A stretch of 55,395 nt of DNA from Octopus bimaculoides (GCF_001194135.2 NC_068996.1:9443364-9498758), one strand, 5' to 3'; numbered from the stretch's first letter, positions 25,680-36,860 are shown. Notes: a model not told the origin generated them from the letters alone. Translations and numbers: made by a program.

Positions 25680-25810
25680 AAAACAACAGACGAAGACAGG
25701 TGGTGTAGAAAACAAACAGATGTATTAGCATAATGCTTGGGAATTGAAAAAGTCTTTAACGTTTCGAGCCTACGCTCTTCGGCAGAAAGGAACAAGGAGA
25801 GAAAAAATGT
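25680..25810 (-). mobile_element. Short PLE-like repeat with the best-preserved variant minimal hammerhead motif
   Basis: Minus strand 25751-25790 reads CCTTT-CTGCCGA-A-GAGC-gtag-GCTC-GAAA-CG-TT-AAAG. Confidence 0.6.
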
Positions 25811-26224
25811 GTGTAGTGGTCAGCGATCTATCATGGCGAATGCTGGATGAATGTTTCAGAAATCATCTCTAGCAGACTCACATGTCGGGGCTGCTCTTGA
25901 TTTGCTGCAGCAGACAGAAAAGCTAATGCTGACCTGTGATGGACAGCTGTCAATATATGTATATATGTGTGTGTACTAGTTATGATTACATATACCATAA
26001 CTAGTAGTACTGCTTAGTACAGTGGCCAGCTAACTACTATATAGGAAGCTGACTGGATAGTGATAATCTACATGAACTCATACAGCAGTAGTTCTACATC
26101 TTAATGTACACCAAATGCATATACACACACACATGTGGGAAGACAAATGAAAGAATGTGACACTCAATACTTATAGTAGGAGTTGGGTTTACATTTGATA
26201 ACAGCTTGACTCAGCACCAAATGA

Positions 26225-26303
26225 TTTAATGATACTTGGATCATGGGACACTTCCATCTCATCAGAAATCAGGAACATGCTCACACACACATACACTTAT
26301 TTC

Positions 26304-26355
<52 letters not shown>

Positions 26356-26540
26356 TATTTTGCATCATATTCAGAAATAACAGCATCATTGGTTACAGAT
26401 CTCCAATGGATCAATCACTGGTTCAGTGGAATTTTCTTTACACGAATGGCAAAGATTGCCTGCAACTTAAATGTCAAACATTCTTATTATAGTTTCGATC
26501 ACCAAATTCTGCTCAAATGTTATTGTGCATACCAGATAAT
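26225..26540 (+). repeat. ~300-bp dispersed duplicate, copy 1
   Basis: Aligns by eye with 32210-32495. Confidence 0.85.
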
Positions 26541-26624
26541 ACACACCTAACATCCTATGCAGAGAGCTCAAACCATACTGGGTAGTGAATTTCTCATCCA
26601 CTGGACCAAACTTGCATACATCCA

Positions 26625-26654
<30 letters not shown>

Positions 26655-26658
<4 letters not shown>

Positions 26659-27495
26659 GGTGTACCTAAAACAAACCGGAATTTTGCAATAGTATTTTAT
26701 TCGCTTAGTTTTACATGTTTACACTTTTGTTGCCTTCAAAGTATTCTCCATTTGAAGCAATTCATTGGTCCAGGCATGCTTTCCATTATTTGAAGCAGTC
26801 CTGGAACTCTTGTGAAGCAATGCCTTTTAATGCCTCCGTTGGTTTTTACTTCACCTCCTCCACAAATTCTGTAGCACCAGCTTTCATCACCAGAGATGAC
26901 CTTCGAAAAAAAGGCCCAAATCAACTTTCAGCTGTTCTTTCTGTTCACAACACACATTCAGTTGTGACTGCTTTTGATCTTTGAGAAAGTGAGGCACAAA
27001 TTTTGCTGCAACTCCTTTTATTCACAATTCCTCGCTCAAACTTCATTGGCAGAAGCTTCAAGACACACCAGACATATCAAAAAGTTTGGCAGTTGTTCAG
27101 TGACGGTCCTCCAACATCAGTTCATGAATTTTCATGTTTTCATTCATCCAGGAGATCGACAGTTGTCCTGAACGAAGTTGGTTTCCAAGCAACAAGTGAC
27201 CATTCTTAAAGTGTGCAAACCCTCATAGGCTGTTTGAAGCATGACAACTGTTTAGGCTGCTCTTTTTCCCCACCAGCAGAAAACAGAATTTCACAGAAGC
27301 ACACTGTTCCTTCATTTCAGCCATCACAAAAATCAACGAATGGGTGAAGCCCTGCAAAACAAAGACGCACCACGTGGCTGTACGACTTCGCGCAATGATG
27401 CCGCTCGTGAAGTGGCTTCTCTTGGAAGAAACCTGAACTGCAATGGGCTTGTTCCACAGAGAACATTTCCAATTACTTTTTGGTATCTCCTCACA
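26655..27495 (-). mobile_element. Internally deleted mariner transposon with a pseudogenised transposase
   Basis: TA-flanked left end TGAGGGTGTACCTAAAACAAACCGGAA with a degenerate matching right TIR. The minus strand from ATG at 27324 gives MAEMKEQCASVKFCF…VAAKFVPH…SKVISGDESWCY and a C-terminal IASNGEYFEGN, with stops and frameshifts. Confidence 0.9.
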
Positions 27496-27601
27496 TATAT
27501 AAAAGTGAATTTAAAATATACCTATAAATGAAACAAAAGTGTATATGTGTGTGTATATATATATATATATATGAAATAAAGATGTATGTATATATTTATA
27601 T

Positions 27602-27980
27602 ATGAATGACAAGGACCTTTTTGTGTGCACAGTCTGTGACAGACCATGTCTGTCCTTGGCTGGCCTCAAATCTCACCTGCGAACCCATGGAAAACAAACC
27701 TCATCCAGCTATTCTGATTATATGTCTGTGCACACGTTTGAATGTGGTGTGTGCCAGAGGGTTTGCAAATCCAATGGGGGTCTTAAAAGACATGTTAGGA
27801 TCCACAATGAGCAGAACTTACTTGCAGGTATTGGTAGTGCAAATCAGAGGTGCAATCTGTGTGGGTGTTTTTTCAAAACACTGTCTGGTTTAAAAAGCCA
27901 CATCAGACGCCATGAAAGGGCTAAGGTGTAGGTGCAGGAGGTGGTTAAACTCTGTTTAAGGAGTAGACAACCACCATACC
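27602..27980 (+). mobile_element. 5'-truncated LINE 3' end (RTE-like) encoding three C2H2 fingers; ORF 27602-27931
   Basis: CTVCDRPCLSLAGLKSHLRTH, CGVCQRVCKSNGGLKRHVRIH and CNLCGCFFKTLSGLKSHIRRH, with no TGEKP linkers, a short 3' UTR and insertion in TA repeats. The GLxSHxR motif resembles the C-terminal finger of RTE-clade ORFs. Confidence 0.65.
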
Positions 27981-28091
27981 ATATATATATAATGTATGTG
28001 TGTATATGTACAGTAAACAAAAAAAGGAAGAACAGACAATTGGTATCAGTTTAGAGCATGGAATTTATATATCTAAACATAATTGTAGAGA

Positions 28092-28405
28092 GGAGGCACA
28101 ATAGCCCAGTGGTTAGGGCAGTGGACTCGCAGTCAGAGGATCGCGGTTTCAATTCCCAGCCTGGGCGTTGTGTGTGTTTATTGAGTGAAAACACCTAAAG
28201 CTCCACGAGGCTCTGGCAGGGGGTGGTGGTGACCCCTGTTGTACTCTTTTGCCCCAACTTTCTCTCACTGTTTCTTCCTGCTTCTTGAGTAACGCTGCAA
28301 TGGAGTGGCGTCCCGTCCAGCTGGGGGAACACATACGTCATAGAAACCGAGAAACTGGGCCCATGAGCCTGGCTAGGCTTTAAAAAAGGGCGCATAAAAA
28401 AAAAA
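28092..28405 (+). mobile_element. tRNA-derived SINE family D, tail type 2 with A-rich end
   Basis: Same head and body as 19329, then a different tail (gcaatggagtggcgtcccgtccag…gggcgcataaaaaaaaaa). Confidence 0.85.
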
Positions 28406-28464
28406 TTGTAGAGAAGAATAGAATGTATCAGAAATAAGAGAGTTTTCTTATATGGTTCAAATGT

Positions 28465-28620
28465 ACAGAAAACAAAAGACGAAGGCAGGTGAGGAAACAA
28501 CAAGCAGGTGTATTAGTTTGATGCTCAGGAAGACTGGAACAGTTTTTAACGTTTTGAGCATACACTGTTCAACGGAAAGGGTTGAAAGGGAAAAAAGAAA
28601 AATCAGAGAGAAAAAGGTGT
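28465..28620 (-). mobile_element. Short PLE-like repeat, decayed copy
   Basis: Minus strand 28541-28580 reads CCTTT-CCGTTGA-A-cagt-gtat-GCTC-AAAA-CG-TT-AAAA. Confidence 0.55.
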
Positions 28621-28800
28621 GTAGGATTCAACATGATCCCAGCTGTGTACTCTTGAAGCACATCTTGAAGCACTCCAAAGTTGTATGTAGATGATATATT
28701 TGTTTGAGATATGCATAAGGGTTGAAAAATACAGGAAGATATTTCTTCCAGAGTAATTACATATCAAAACTGGAGATTGGGAAAAAAAGTATTTTTGATA

Positions 28801-29030
28801 TTATTTTTTCACCATTACATTTGTTTCATTTGCTAATAGGAGTTACAAAATTTGTACATGTTAGATAAACTTGTAAGATACTTCCTATTAGAAATTCTTC
28901 AAAGAATCAATAATTATTTGATTCTTTATCTAAAGAATTTCTTATAGGAGATATCTTACATCCTTCTCCTACATATACAATCTTGTAACTCCTATTAGCA
29001 AACAAAACAAGTGTAATGGTGAATAAATAA
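28801..29030. repeat. ~230-bp fold-back (MITE-like hairpin)
   Basis: CACCATTACATTTGTTTCATTTGCTAATAGGAGTTACAA pairs with TTGTAACTCCTATTAGCAAACAAAACAAGTGTAATGGTG; inner arms pair around a short AT loop. Confidence 0.85.
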
Positions 29031-29118
29031 CACCTAAATCTTCTCTCTATCATCTTTGATATATATATGCATACAAATGTGTGTGTGTATAATATACATA
29101 TATATATATATATATATT

Positions 29119-29305
29119 ACTCAATTGAAGAAAGCTCCGAATGACCCATGCTTGTTTTTTCCTGCCCTTTTTTGTATTGTCTGTCTGGATGTTTTGTTGT
29201 CACCTGATGCATTCTTGTTCCATTTTTTGTTTTCCTTTTTATATATACATATAGTGGTGTATGTACACTTTTGGTCTCTTATATCTAAGTACATATATAT
29301 GTATA

Positions 29306-29344
<39 letters not shown>

Positions 29345-30032
29345 TCTGTACGACTCTCTTATTCTTTCTTTCAGCCCCTTCACACGTATTTCATTCTTTC
29401 CACTTTTCTTTTTCTCACTCCCCCTCTCTCACATTTCTTGTCTTCCATTCCTTCATTCTCACTTTCCCTCCTCTTTTACCTCACTCTCTCCTTTACCTTT
29501 CTCTTTCTCTCTTTTTCTCGTCCCCCCTAATTCTTCTATCCCTCTGCCTTTACCTCTCTCTTCTCCTTCCACGTAACTGGTCTTCTGCCAAACCTGACTT
29601 TTCTTTCTTGTTTCGACTACCATCTGTGTAGCATCTCTTATGTTCCTTCCCATGCCTGTCATCTCTTATGTCCCTGCCATAAGGCTTCACTTCCACACAC
29701 GCCAGTTTAATTTAATTCGTCCTTAGTCGAAAGACATCTGTTGTCTGTATTTGTATTTGTGTACCATTTCTCCGTTTTTTTCATCCTTGTTTTCCTATAC
29801 ATTCACTTGCTTTCTTCCAAGAAATCTAGTGCTCTTAGCTTAGATTTTCTTGGGGCTGGCCAGATTGGAGCAGTCTTGAGTATAACCGACTGAAACTGCT
29901 GAGAAAATCTAGAACTTGACTGAAGATAGAAAACTCTGAATGACCCGTCCTTGTTTTTTCCTGTCCTTTTTTGTATCGTCAAACTGTCCAAATGCTTTGT
30001 TGTTGCCTGTTACATTCTTGTCCCATCTTTTG

Positions 30033-30035
<3 letters not shown>
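29119..30035 (+). mobile_element. Repeat with ~800-bp-period direct terminal repeats (PLE pLTR-like)
   Basis: 29131-29232 is repeated at 29931-30034 (gaatgaccc…ttgttttttcctg); flanked by (TA)n; CTGAAGA near 29920. Confidence 0.5.
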
Positions 30036-30078
<43 letters not shown>

Positions 30079-30539
30079 GTATCTATATGCATATACTTCC
30101 ATACACACATGCACTTTCTATGTTAATACCTTAGTTCAACGTTTATTATATCAATATAATCAAGACAATTCACAAGAATAACAAATATTAGTTTTCTGTT
30201 CTGTTCTGATGTACCATTCCTTCCATCAACTCTACATTTACCAGTGTCTTACCATTTTCCTGCAAAAAATATATATATAATAATAATGTCTGATGCCACT
30301 CCTAAAACAGAATGGTTTCTATGAATAGATGCACAGTTCAGTAAGAATTTAGGATTTTCCAGATGAAAAAAATATACAAATTCTATATTTCTTTATTATA
30401 TCTTCTACATAAGTTATTATTTTTGAAATAAAAGCATATTTAAATATTATGATAAAAGTTTTTTATTTTTAAATAAAGTTCTTGTAAAATTATTAATATA
30501 AATCTGCATGTATGTTTGTGGCAGGTGGGTATATATATA

Positions 30540-30700
30540 GTTGAAAAACAAAAGACAAAGGTAGGTGTATAAACAACAAGCAGGTGTATTAGTTTGACAC
30601 TCGGGAATGTGAGAAAAAGTCGTTTGCATTTCGAGCCTATGCTCTTCAACAGAAAGGAACATGAAGAAATAAACAGAGAGAGAATAAAAAAAAAACTTGT
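30540..30700 (-). mobile_element. Short PLE-like repeat with a variant hammerhead-like motif
   Basis: Minus strand 30619-30657 reads CCTTT-CTGTTGA-A-GAGC-atag-GCTC-GAAA-TG-CA-AACG. Confidence 0.6.
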
Positions 30701-30746
30701 GAATTTAGCAGTCAATCATATATATATATCTATATATATGTGTATG

Positions 30747-30778
<32 letters not shown>

Positions 30779-31580
30779 TTATTTATTTATGTATATATTA
30801 ATATTATCTTGGCTGAAAAACTTCATCATCATCATCATCATCATCGATAATGCAAATATGTTAATAGTTACCAGGGTAGCAAAAATCACACAAAAACTGG
30901 GATATTATACCTGGTTAAGGGGTAGAAATTCCATGTTAAAGTTATGTATTTTGAGTTGATATAAGGAATAATAATAAATGGAGCAAAACGCATATAATCA
31001 ATAAGTTCATTTAATTCCTATACATGTTTAAAAAATTATATGCACTCTATTCCAAAAGAATAAGAGATGCTGGTTTATACATATAATTTTATCATCAGGG
31101 AACCATATTACAAATGCAAGACTTATGCTGTTGTGTCATAGTATAATTGGACACAATTATGTATATTGTATATATGTGTTTGTATATACAATATATATAT
31201 ATGTTTACATACAAACAGAAAGAAAGGCATGGTATTACTTATGGTAATAAAATTGATTGAATTTGCCCTACAATAGGATATAGCTGACTGACAGGTTTGA
31301 GGACAGGTCTTTTAGGTAAATAAGGCAATTTGTTTTATATGAGATGATTAACAGAATCAGATAGAGCATCCAAAGAAAGAGCCTGAACTATTTAGTTACC
31401 TTCCTCTTGTTCCTAAATGCTGAATTCAAATCCATCTTGATGTTGACTTTAGATTTTATCAATCTTGCACTGTGAGGAGATGTTAAAATGAAGTGTCATT
31501 TGAGTGTGAAACAAATATGTTATAATCAAATATGGGCTTGTGCCTATGTTGAAAATTATTGGAAGTAATATTTGATAGTT

Positions 31581-31658
31581 GGCGCAGGAGTGGTTGTGTG
31601 GTAAGTAGCTTGCTTACCAACCACATGGTTCCGGGTTCAGTCCCACTGCGTGGCAACT
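31581..31658 (+). mobile_element. SINE family A, isolated tRNA-like head
   Basis: ggcgcaggagtggttgtgtggtaag…ccgggttcagtcccactgcgtggca. Confidence 0.8.
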
Positions 31659-31790
31659 TTTTTTTTTGTGGTGGCGGGCAAGACGAAAAATGGCAGCCTA
31701 CTCCACTACAAGAGAAAAGGATAGAAAGAAAAAGGAAGAAGAAAAATTAAATATGAATTGTAAGCAGTTCTAATAATGTAAATATTATTA

Positions 31791-32200
31791 GGCGCAGGAG
31801 TGGCTGTGTGGTAAGTAGCTTGCTTACCAACCACATGGTTCCGGGTTCAGTCCCACTATATGGCACCTTCAGCAAGTGTCTTCTACTATAGCCTTGAGCC
31901 GACCAAAGCCTTGTGAGTGGATTTGGTAGACGGAAACTGAAAGAAGCCCGTAGTATATATGTGTATATATATATATGTATGTGTGTGTTTGTGTGTTTGT
32001 CACCCCCACCCCAACATCACCTGACAACCGATGCTGGTGTATTTACGTCCCCGTAACTTAGCGGTTCGGCAAGAAAAGACCGATAGAATAAGTACTGGGC
32101 TTACAAAGAATAAGTCCTGGGGTCAATTTACTCGACTAAAAAGGCGGTACTCCAGCATGGCCACAGTCAAATGACTGAAACAAATAAATGAATAAATGAA
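31791..32200 (+). mobile_element. SINE family A, full length
   Basis: A-box-like TGGCTGTGTGG, B-box-like GGTTCAGTCCC, body, and a tail ending gaaacaaataaatgaataaatgaata. Confidence 0.9.
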
Positions 32201-32209
32201 TAGTTGTTA

Positions 32210-32495
32210 TGACTTAAAGATACTTGGGATCGCATTACATATCCATCTCATCAGAAATCAGAAACATGCTCACACACACACATACACTTTTCTTTTTTTA
32301 GTATTTTGCATCATATTCAGAAATAACAGCATCATTGGTTACAGATTTTCAATGGATCAATCACTAGTTAAGTGGAATTTTCTTTAGACAAATGGCAAAG
32401 GAGTTCCTGCAACTCAAGGGTCAAAAGTTCTTAATACAGTTTCAGTCACCAAATTCTGGTCAAATTTTATTGAGTATGCCAGAAAATACATTGTT
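32210..32495 (+). repeat. ~300-bp dispersed duplicate, copy 2
   Basis: Aligns with 26225-26540. Confidence 0.85.
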
Positions 32496-32516
32496 TATTG
32501 AAAATAATAAGTAATA

Positions 32517-32939
32517 GGTGCAGGAGCGGCTGTGTGGTAAGTAGCTTGCTTACCAACCACAATGGTTCTGGTTCAGTCCCACTGCATGATACCTTGGGCA
32601 AGTGTCTTCTGCTATAACCTCGGGCTGACCAAAGCCTTGTGAGTGGATTTGGTAGAAGGAAACTGAAAGAAGCCCTTCTTATATATGCATATATGCATAT
32701 ATATATATGTATATATGTGTGTGTATATGTTTGTGTATCTGTGTTTGTCCCTCCCCCCAACATCGCTTGACAACCGATGCTGGTATGTTCACGTCCCCGT
32801 AACTTAGTGGTTTGGCAAAAGAGACCGATAGAATAAATAGTAGGCTTACAAAGAATAAGTCCTGGGGTCGATTTGCTTGACTTAAAGCGGTGCTCCAGCA
32901 TGGCTGCAGTCAAATGACTGAAACAAAATAAAAGAGTAA
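32517..32939 (+). mobile_element. SINE family A, full length
   Basis: Complete head-body-tail match to 31791. Confidence 0.9.
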
Positions 32940-34340
32940 TTGTTTGCAGAAAAATTTTCTGCAGTACAAGTACTTTTGCTTTTTTGCCTTAGTTCTAAGC
33001 TACCGCCATAATTCTATATATTAAGGTGAATGAGAACCACTTGATTGATTTACATTGAATTATTAACAGTCTCACTTGAACTGAGTATCTGATCCATAGA
33101 CATGCTGTCTCTCCACTAAAACGGTCTCTGTTCTCTGGAGTTAGCCAATCCCATACCTTTTCCACTGAGGCATCTGAAATTCTCTTGTCTCTTGTCACCC
33201 ACTGATCCCTATACCCAGTTCTTATTCCCAGAACATTGGGCCCAGTAGAATCTTCTCTTTGTGCATGTCTTTCCTGCAGGTATTAACCTGCAGTGGTTTA
33301 AATGGTGTACACTGATGGCATCAAAATCATCAGTTTCAGAAGGCCTGCTAAGTCACAGGCATTGCCCCACCCCTTCCTTCAGACTCAACAAGTAAAATGA
33401 AAAAAAAAAAATGAAATAATTCCTCTGACCATTATCTTCAAAATAGGTCATGTGACCATACATTAATGAACCCGCTACAATTAACATTTAGCAACAACTA
33501 GAAATCCGCCTTATTTCAAATGTCATTTTAATTGGTCTACATTCCATGTTCATTTACTTCAGAGCAATAAAAGAATAATTAAAACTTAACTGTAGAATAG
33601 CACTTGATCGGCTAAGAGAGTAAACATGTTATAATAAAAAAAAAAGCTGTATTTAAGAAGAATTGTGGCTTTTATTGTAACATGTGCTCCAGCATGGCCT
33701 TAGCCATAGGGCTGAGACATATAAAAGAGAAAAAGAATATATATGTAGATATTATACGTAATAAAAGTTACAAAAACTCCAGTCACATAGCATTTTGAAC
33801 TAAACTGGAACTCATCATTTCCATGTCAAATTTATATTTTTTTAGAATCAAAATATCTATCTTTTTCCAAATCTCTCTCTCTGTGTGCATATGTGTGATT
33901 GAAATTTTGTTGTCTTTTTATTATCTACAAAATACATACAGAATAAATACAATATCATAGTCAAGTTTTAATTACTGTCACTTTTAATCAACTAAATACG
34001 GAATAGATTTTCTTCCCCACAAAAGTTAAACAAATGAACCACCAACTTCATTTCAATGTTCACTTCTCCATGCATGGGTCAAATGGAACTTGTTGATGTA
34101 GATTTTTGACTGCCAGATACCCTTTCCGTTGCCAACTTTTAGCTGTTTCCAATTAAGGTAATATCTCCCCATGTCCAGACATGTTTTCATGTAAGATTGG
34201 AAATGAATGACACCACTTGTATTACAGAGACACTCACTTACAACTACCACACAATGTCAAGACAAGGAGGCACAGACACATACATGTACATATATGTATA
34301 TTCATATAGATAAACATGTGTGTATATATGTATGTATGTA

Positions 34341-34700
34341 TCATCATCATCATCATCGTCGTTTAACGTCCGCTTTCCATGCTAGCATGGGTTGGACGAT
34401 TTGACTGAGGACTGGTGAAACCAGATGGCTACACCAGGCTCCAATCTGATTTGGCTGAGTTTCTACAGCTGGATGCCCTTCCTAATGCCAACCACTCAGA
34501 AAGTGTAGTGGGTGCTTTTACGTGTCACCCGTACGAAGGCCAGTCAGGCAGTACTGGCAACGGCCGCGCTCAAAATGGTGTATTTTATGTGCCACCCGCA
34601 CAAGAGCCAGTCCAGGGGCACTGGCAACGATCTCACTCGAAAGTCCTTACACATGCCGCAGGCGCAAGTGCCAGAAAGGCGATGCTGGGCACAGGTGCCA
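34341..34700 (-). mobile_element. SINE-like family B with internal tandem units
   Basis: (CAT)n, cgtttaacgtccgctttccatgctagcatgggttggacg, cagctggatgcccttcctaatgccaacc. Confidence 0.85.
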
Positions 34701-34944
34701 TCACAATTTTGCTTTCGCTTTCCCCAATAAGTCTTCGCAAGCTGAGTTTCGTGTCCAATGAAGGAGACGATGTTGGCATGGGTGCCAGTCATCGAATTTA
34801 ACTCGATTTCGATTTCACTTGCCTCAACAGGTCTTCGCAAGTGGAGTTTTGTGTCCAATGAAATATATATATATATATATATATATGCGTGTGTGTGTTT
34901 ACATATATATGTGTGAATGTTTACATATATATGTGTGTGTGTGT

Positions 34945-35407
34945 GGCCGATGACAGTACCGCCTGATTGGCACTCGTGCCAGTGGAACGTTAAGAGAAAC
35001 AAATCCAAGTGTGATCATTGCCAGGGCCATGGATTGGCTCCCGTGCCAGTGACACATGAAAAGCACCATTCAAGCATGATTGTTGCCAGCGTCACCTTAC
35101 TGGCACATGTGCCGGTGGCATGTAAAAAACAACATTCGAGCGTGGTTGTTGCCAGTGCCACCAGACTGGCTCCCATGCAGGTAGCATGAAAAAATACCTT
35201 TTGAGCGTAGTCATTACCAGAACTGCCTGGCTGGCCCTCGTGCCAGTGACACAAAGGCCAGTCAGGCGATTCTGAGTGGTTGGCATTAGGAAGGGCATCC
35301 AGCTGTAGAAACTTTGCCAGATCAGATTGAGCCTGGTGCAGTTTCTGGCTCACCAGTGCTCAGTCAAATCGTCCAACCCATGCCAGCAGGGAAAACGGAC
35401 GTTAAAC

Positions 35408-35447
<40 letters not shown>
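34945..35447 (+). mobile_element. SINE-like family B with internal repeats and a long (GAT)n tail
   Basis: Repeated gccagt/ggcaca units, then aggaagggcatccagctgtagaaac…gttaaacgatgatgat. Confidence 0.85.
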
Positions 35448-35449
<2 letters not shown>

Positions 35450-35774
35450 CACTTCCATCAAGGATTCCACAACTTGGTTTCTTGAGCTGAGCATTAGTAA
35501 GAGACATTTTATGGTTCTTCATGCTATGAATCCACAATCACCATAAATTAGACCATTTGAAGCAGGTTTTTGGTGGTACTTCTCTTTAAGATTCACATGA
35601 AGCTGATAACAATGTCTCTGTCTATTCCAAATCATTTTAAACTAGTGGGCTGCTTTCAGTTTCTGCCTATGATATCCACTCACAAGGCTTTAGCCTGATC
35701 AGAGCCTTGTGAGTGGGTGTTTCTGGATGGAAGAAAGAAGCCCATCATGTGTATGTGTATGTATATATTTATGT

Positions 35775-36217
35775 GTTTGTATCCGTCAAGCCAAGTGAAA
35801 TCGTAGTTATGACCAATGCTGGTGACACGTAACTGGCACACATGCTGATGGCACATAAAAAGCACCGTTCAAGCATTGGGCCTCATGAAGGTGGTTGATG
35901 CCAGTGGCACATGAAAAGCATCTTTCAAGTGTTGGGCCTCACAGAGGCAATGACAAATGACCAAGACCTTTGGCATTATGCCGTGCTTGAGAAGAAGAAC
36001 CATCAAGCCAAGAGAAATCATAGTTGTAGCAGATACTAGTGTCATAGAAATGCTACCTGTGCCAGTGGCACATAAAAGCACCTGTTACACTCTCAGAGTG
36101 GTTGGTGTTAGGGAGGGCGTCCAGCCATAGAAACCATGCCAAATCAGACTAGAGTCTGGTACTGTCCAACCATCCGACCCATGCCAGAATGGACAACAGA
36201 CGTTAAATGATGATGAT
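35775..36217 (+). mobile_element. SINE-like family B with internal repeats
   Basis: Repeated tgccagtggcacat(g/a)aaaagca and the family B tail. Confidence 0.8.
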
Positions 36218-36577
36218 CTGTTTGGATTTTAATGAGCAAACCTATGAACAAAATGTATCCTAGCCATGACCATCCCATTTTTTTGTATACCAAGAAGTAC
36301 ACTGGTGAAGTATATCGTTGTCATCATTTTCACCACCAGTACTGTCTGATGTCAATAATAGGTTACAAAAATATCAATAATTGTTTTACTTTGCATATGA
36401 ATAACCAGGAACAGAACGTACAGCTGTGTGGCTAACAAGCTTATTTCCCAATCATGTAGTTTTGGGTCCATTCCCACTGTGTTGCACCTTGGGCAAGTGT
36501 CTTCTGCTATAACCTTAGGCTGGCCAAAGCCTTGTGGTTTGTTTTGGTAGATGGAAACTAATATAGGCTTCTTTTGA

Positions 36578-36792
36578 AGGCAGCGAGCTGGCAGAAACGT
36601 TAGTACGCCGGGCGAAATGCTTAGTGATATTTCATCTGCCATTATGTTCTGAGTTCAAATTCCACCAAGGTCAACTTTGCCTTTCATCCTTTCGGGGTCG
36701 ATAAATTAAGTACCAGTTATGCACTAGGGTCAATGTAATCGACTTAATCTCCTTGTCTGTCGTTGTTTAGCCCCTTGTGGGCAATATAGAAC
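36578..36792 (+). mobile_element. SINE family C, tail type 2
   Basis: aggcagcgagctggcagaaacgttag…gagttcaaattcc…ttagccccttgtgggcaata. Confidence 0.85.
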
Positions 36793-36860
36793 TAGGAAAC
36801 TAATATAAGCTCATTGTATATGTATGTCTATACATACACACACACACAAACACACACACA

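Noticed and set aside
26245-26275. CTGATGA on the minus strand (also at about 21337-21343 and in the copy at about 32250)
   Set aside because: No properly placed stem II plus GAAA, and no stem I; several such heptamers are expected by chance in 55 kb
27928-27945. TAGGTGCAGGAG after the zinc-finger ORF resembles the start of SINE A copies
   Set aside because: The similarity ends after about 12 nt and is best treated as coincidence
33250-33286. AG|GT juxtapositions resembling recursive splice sites (also about 41614 and 42666)
   Set aside because: The donor halves are weak and no host intron is established downstream of the terminal KLF exon
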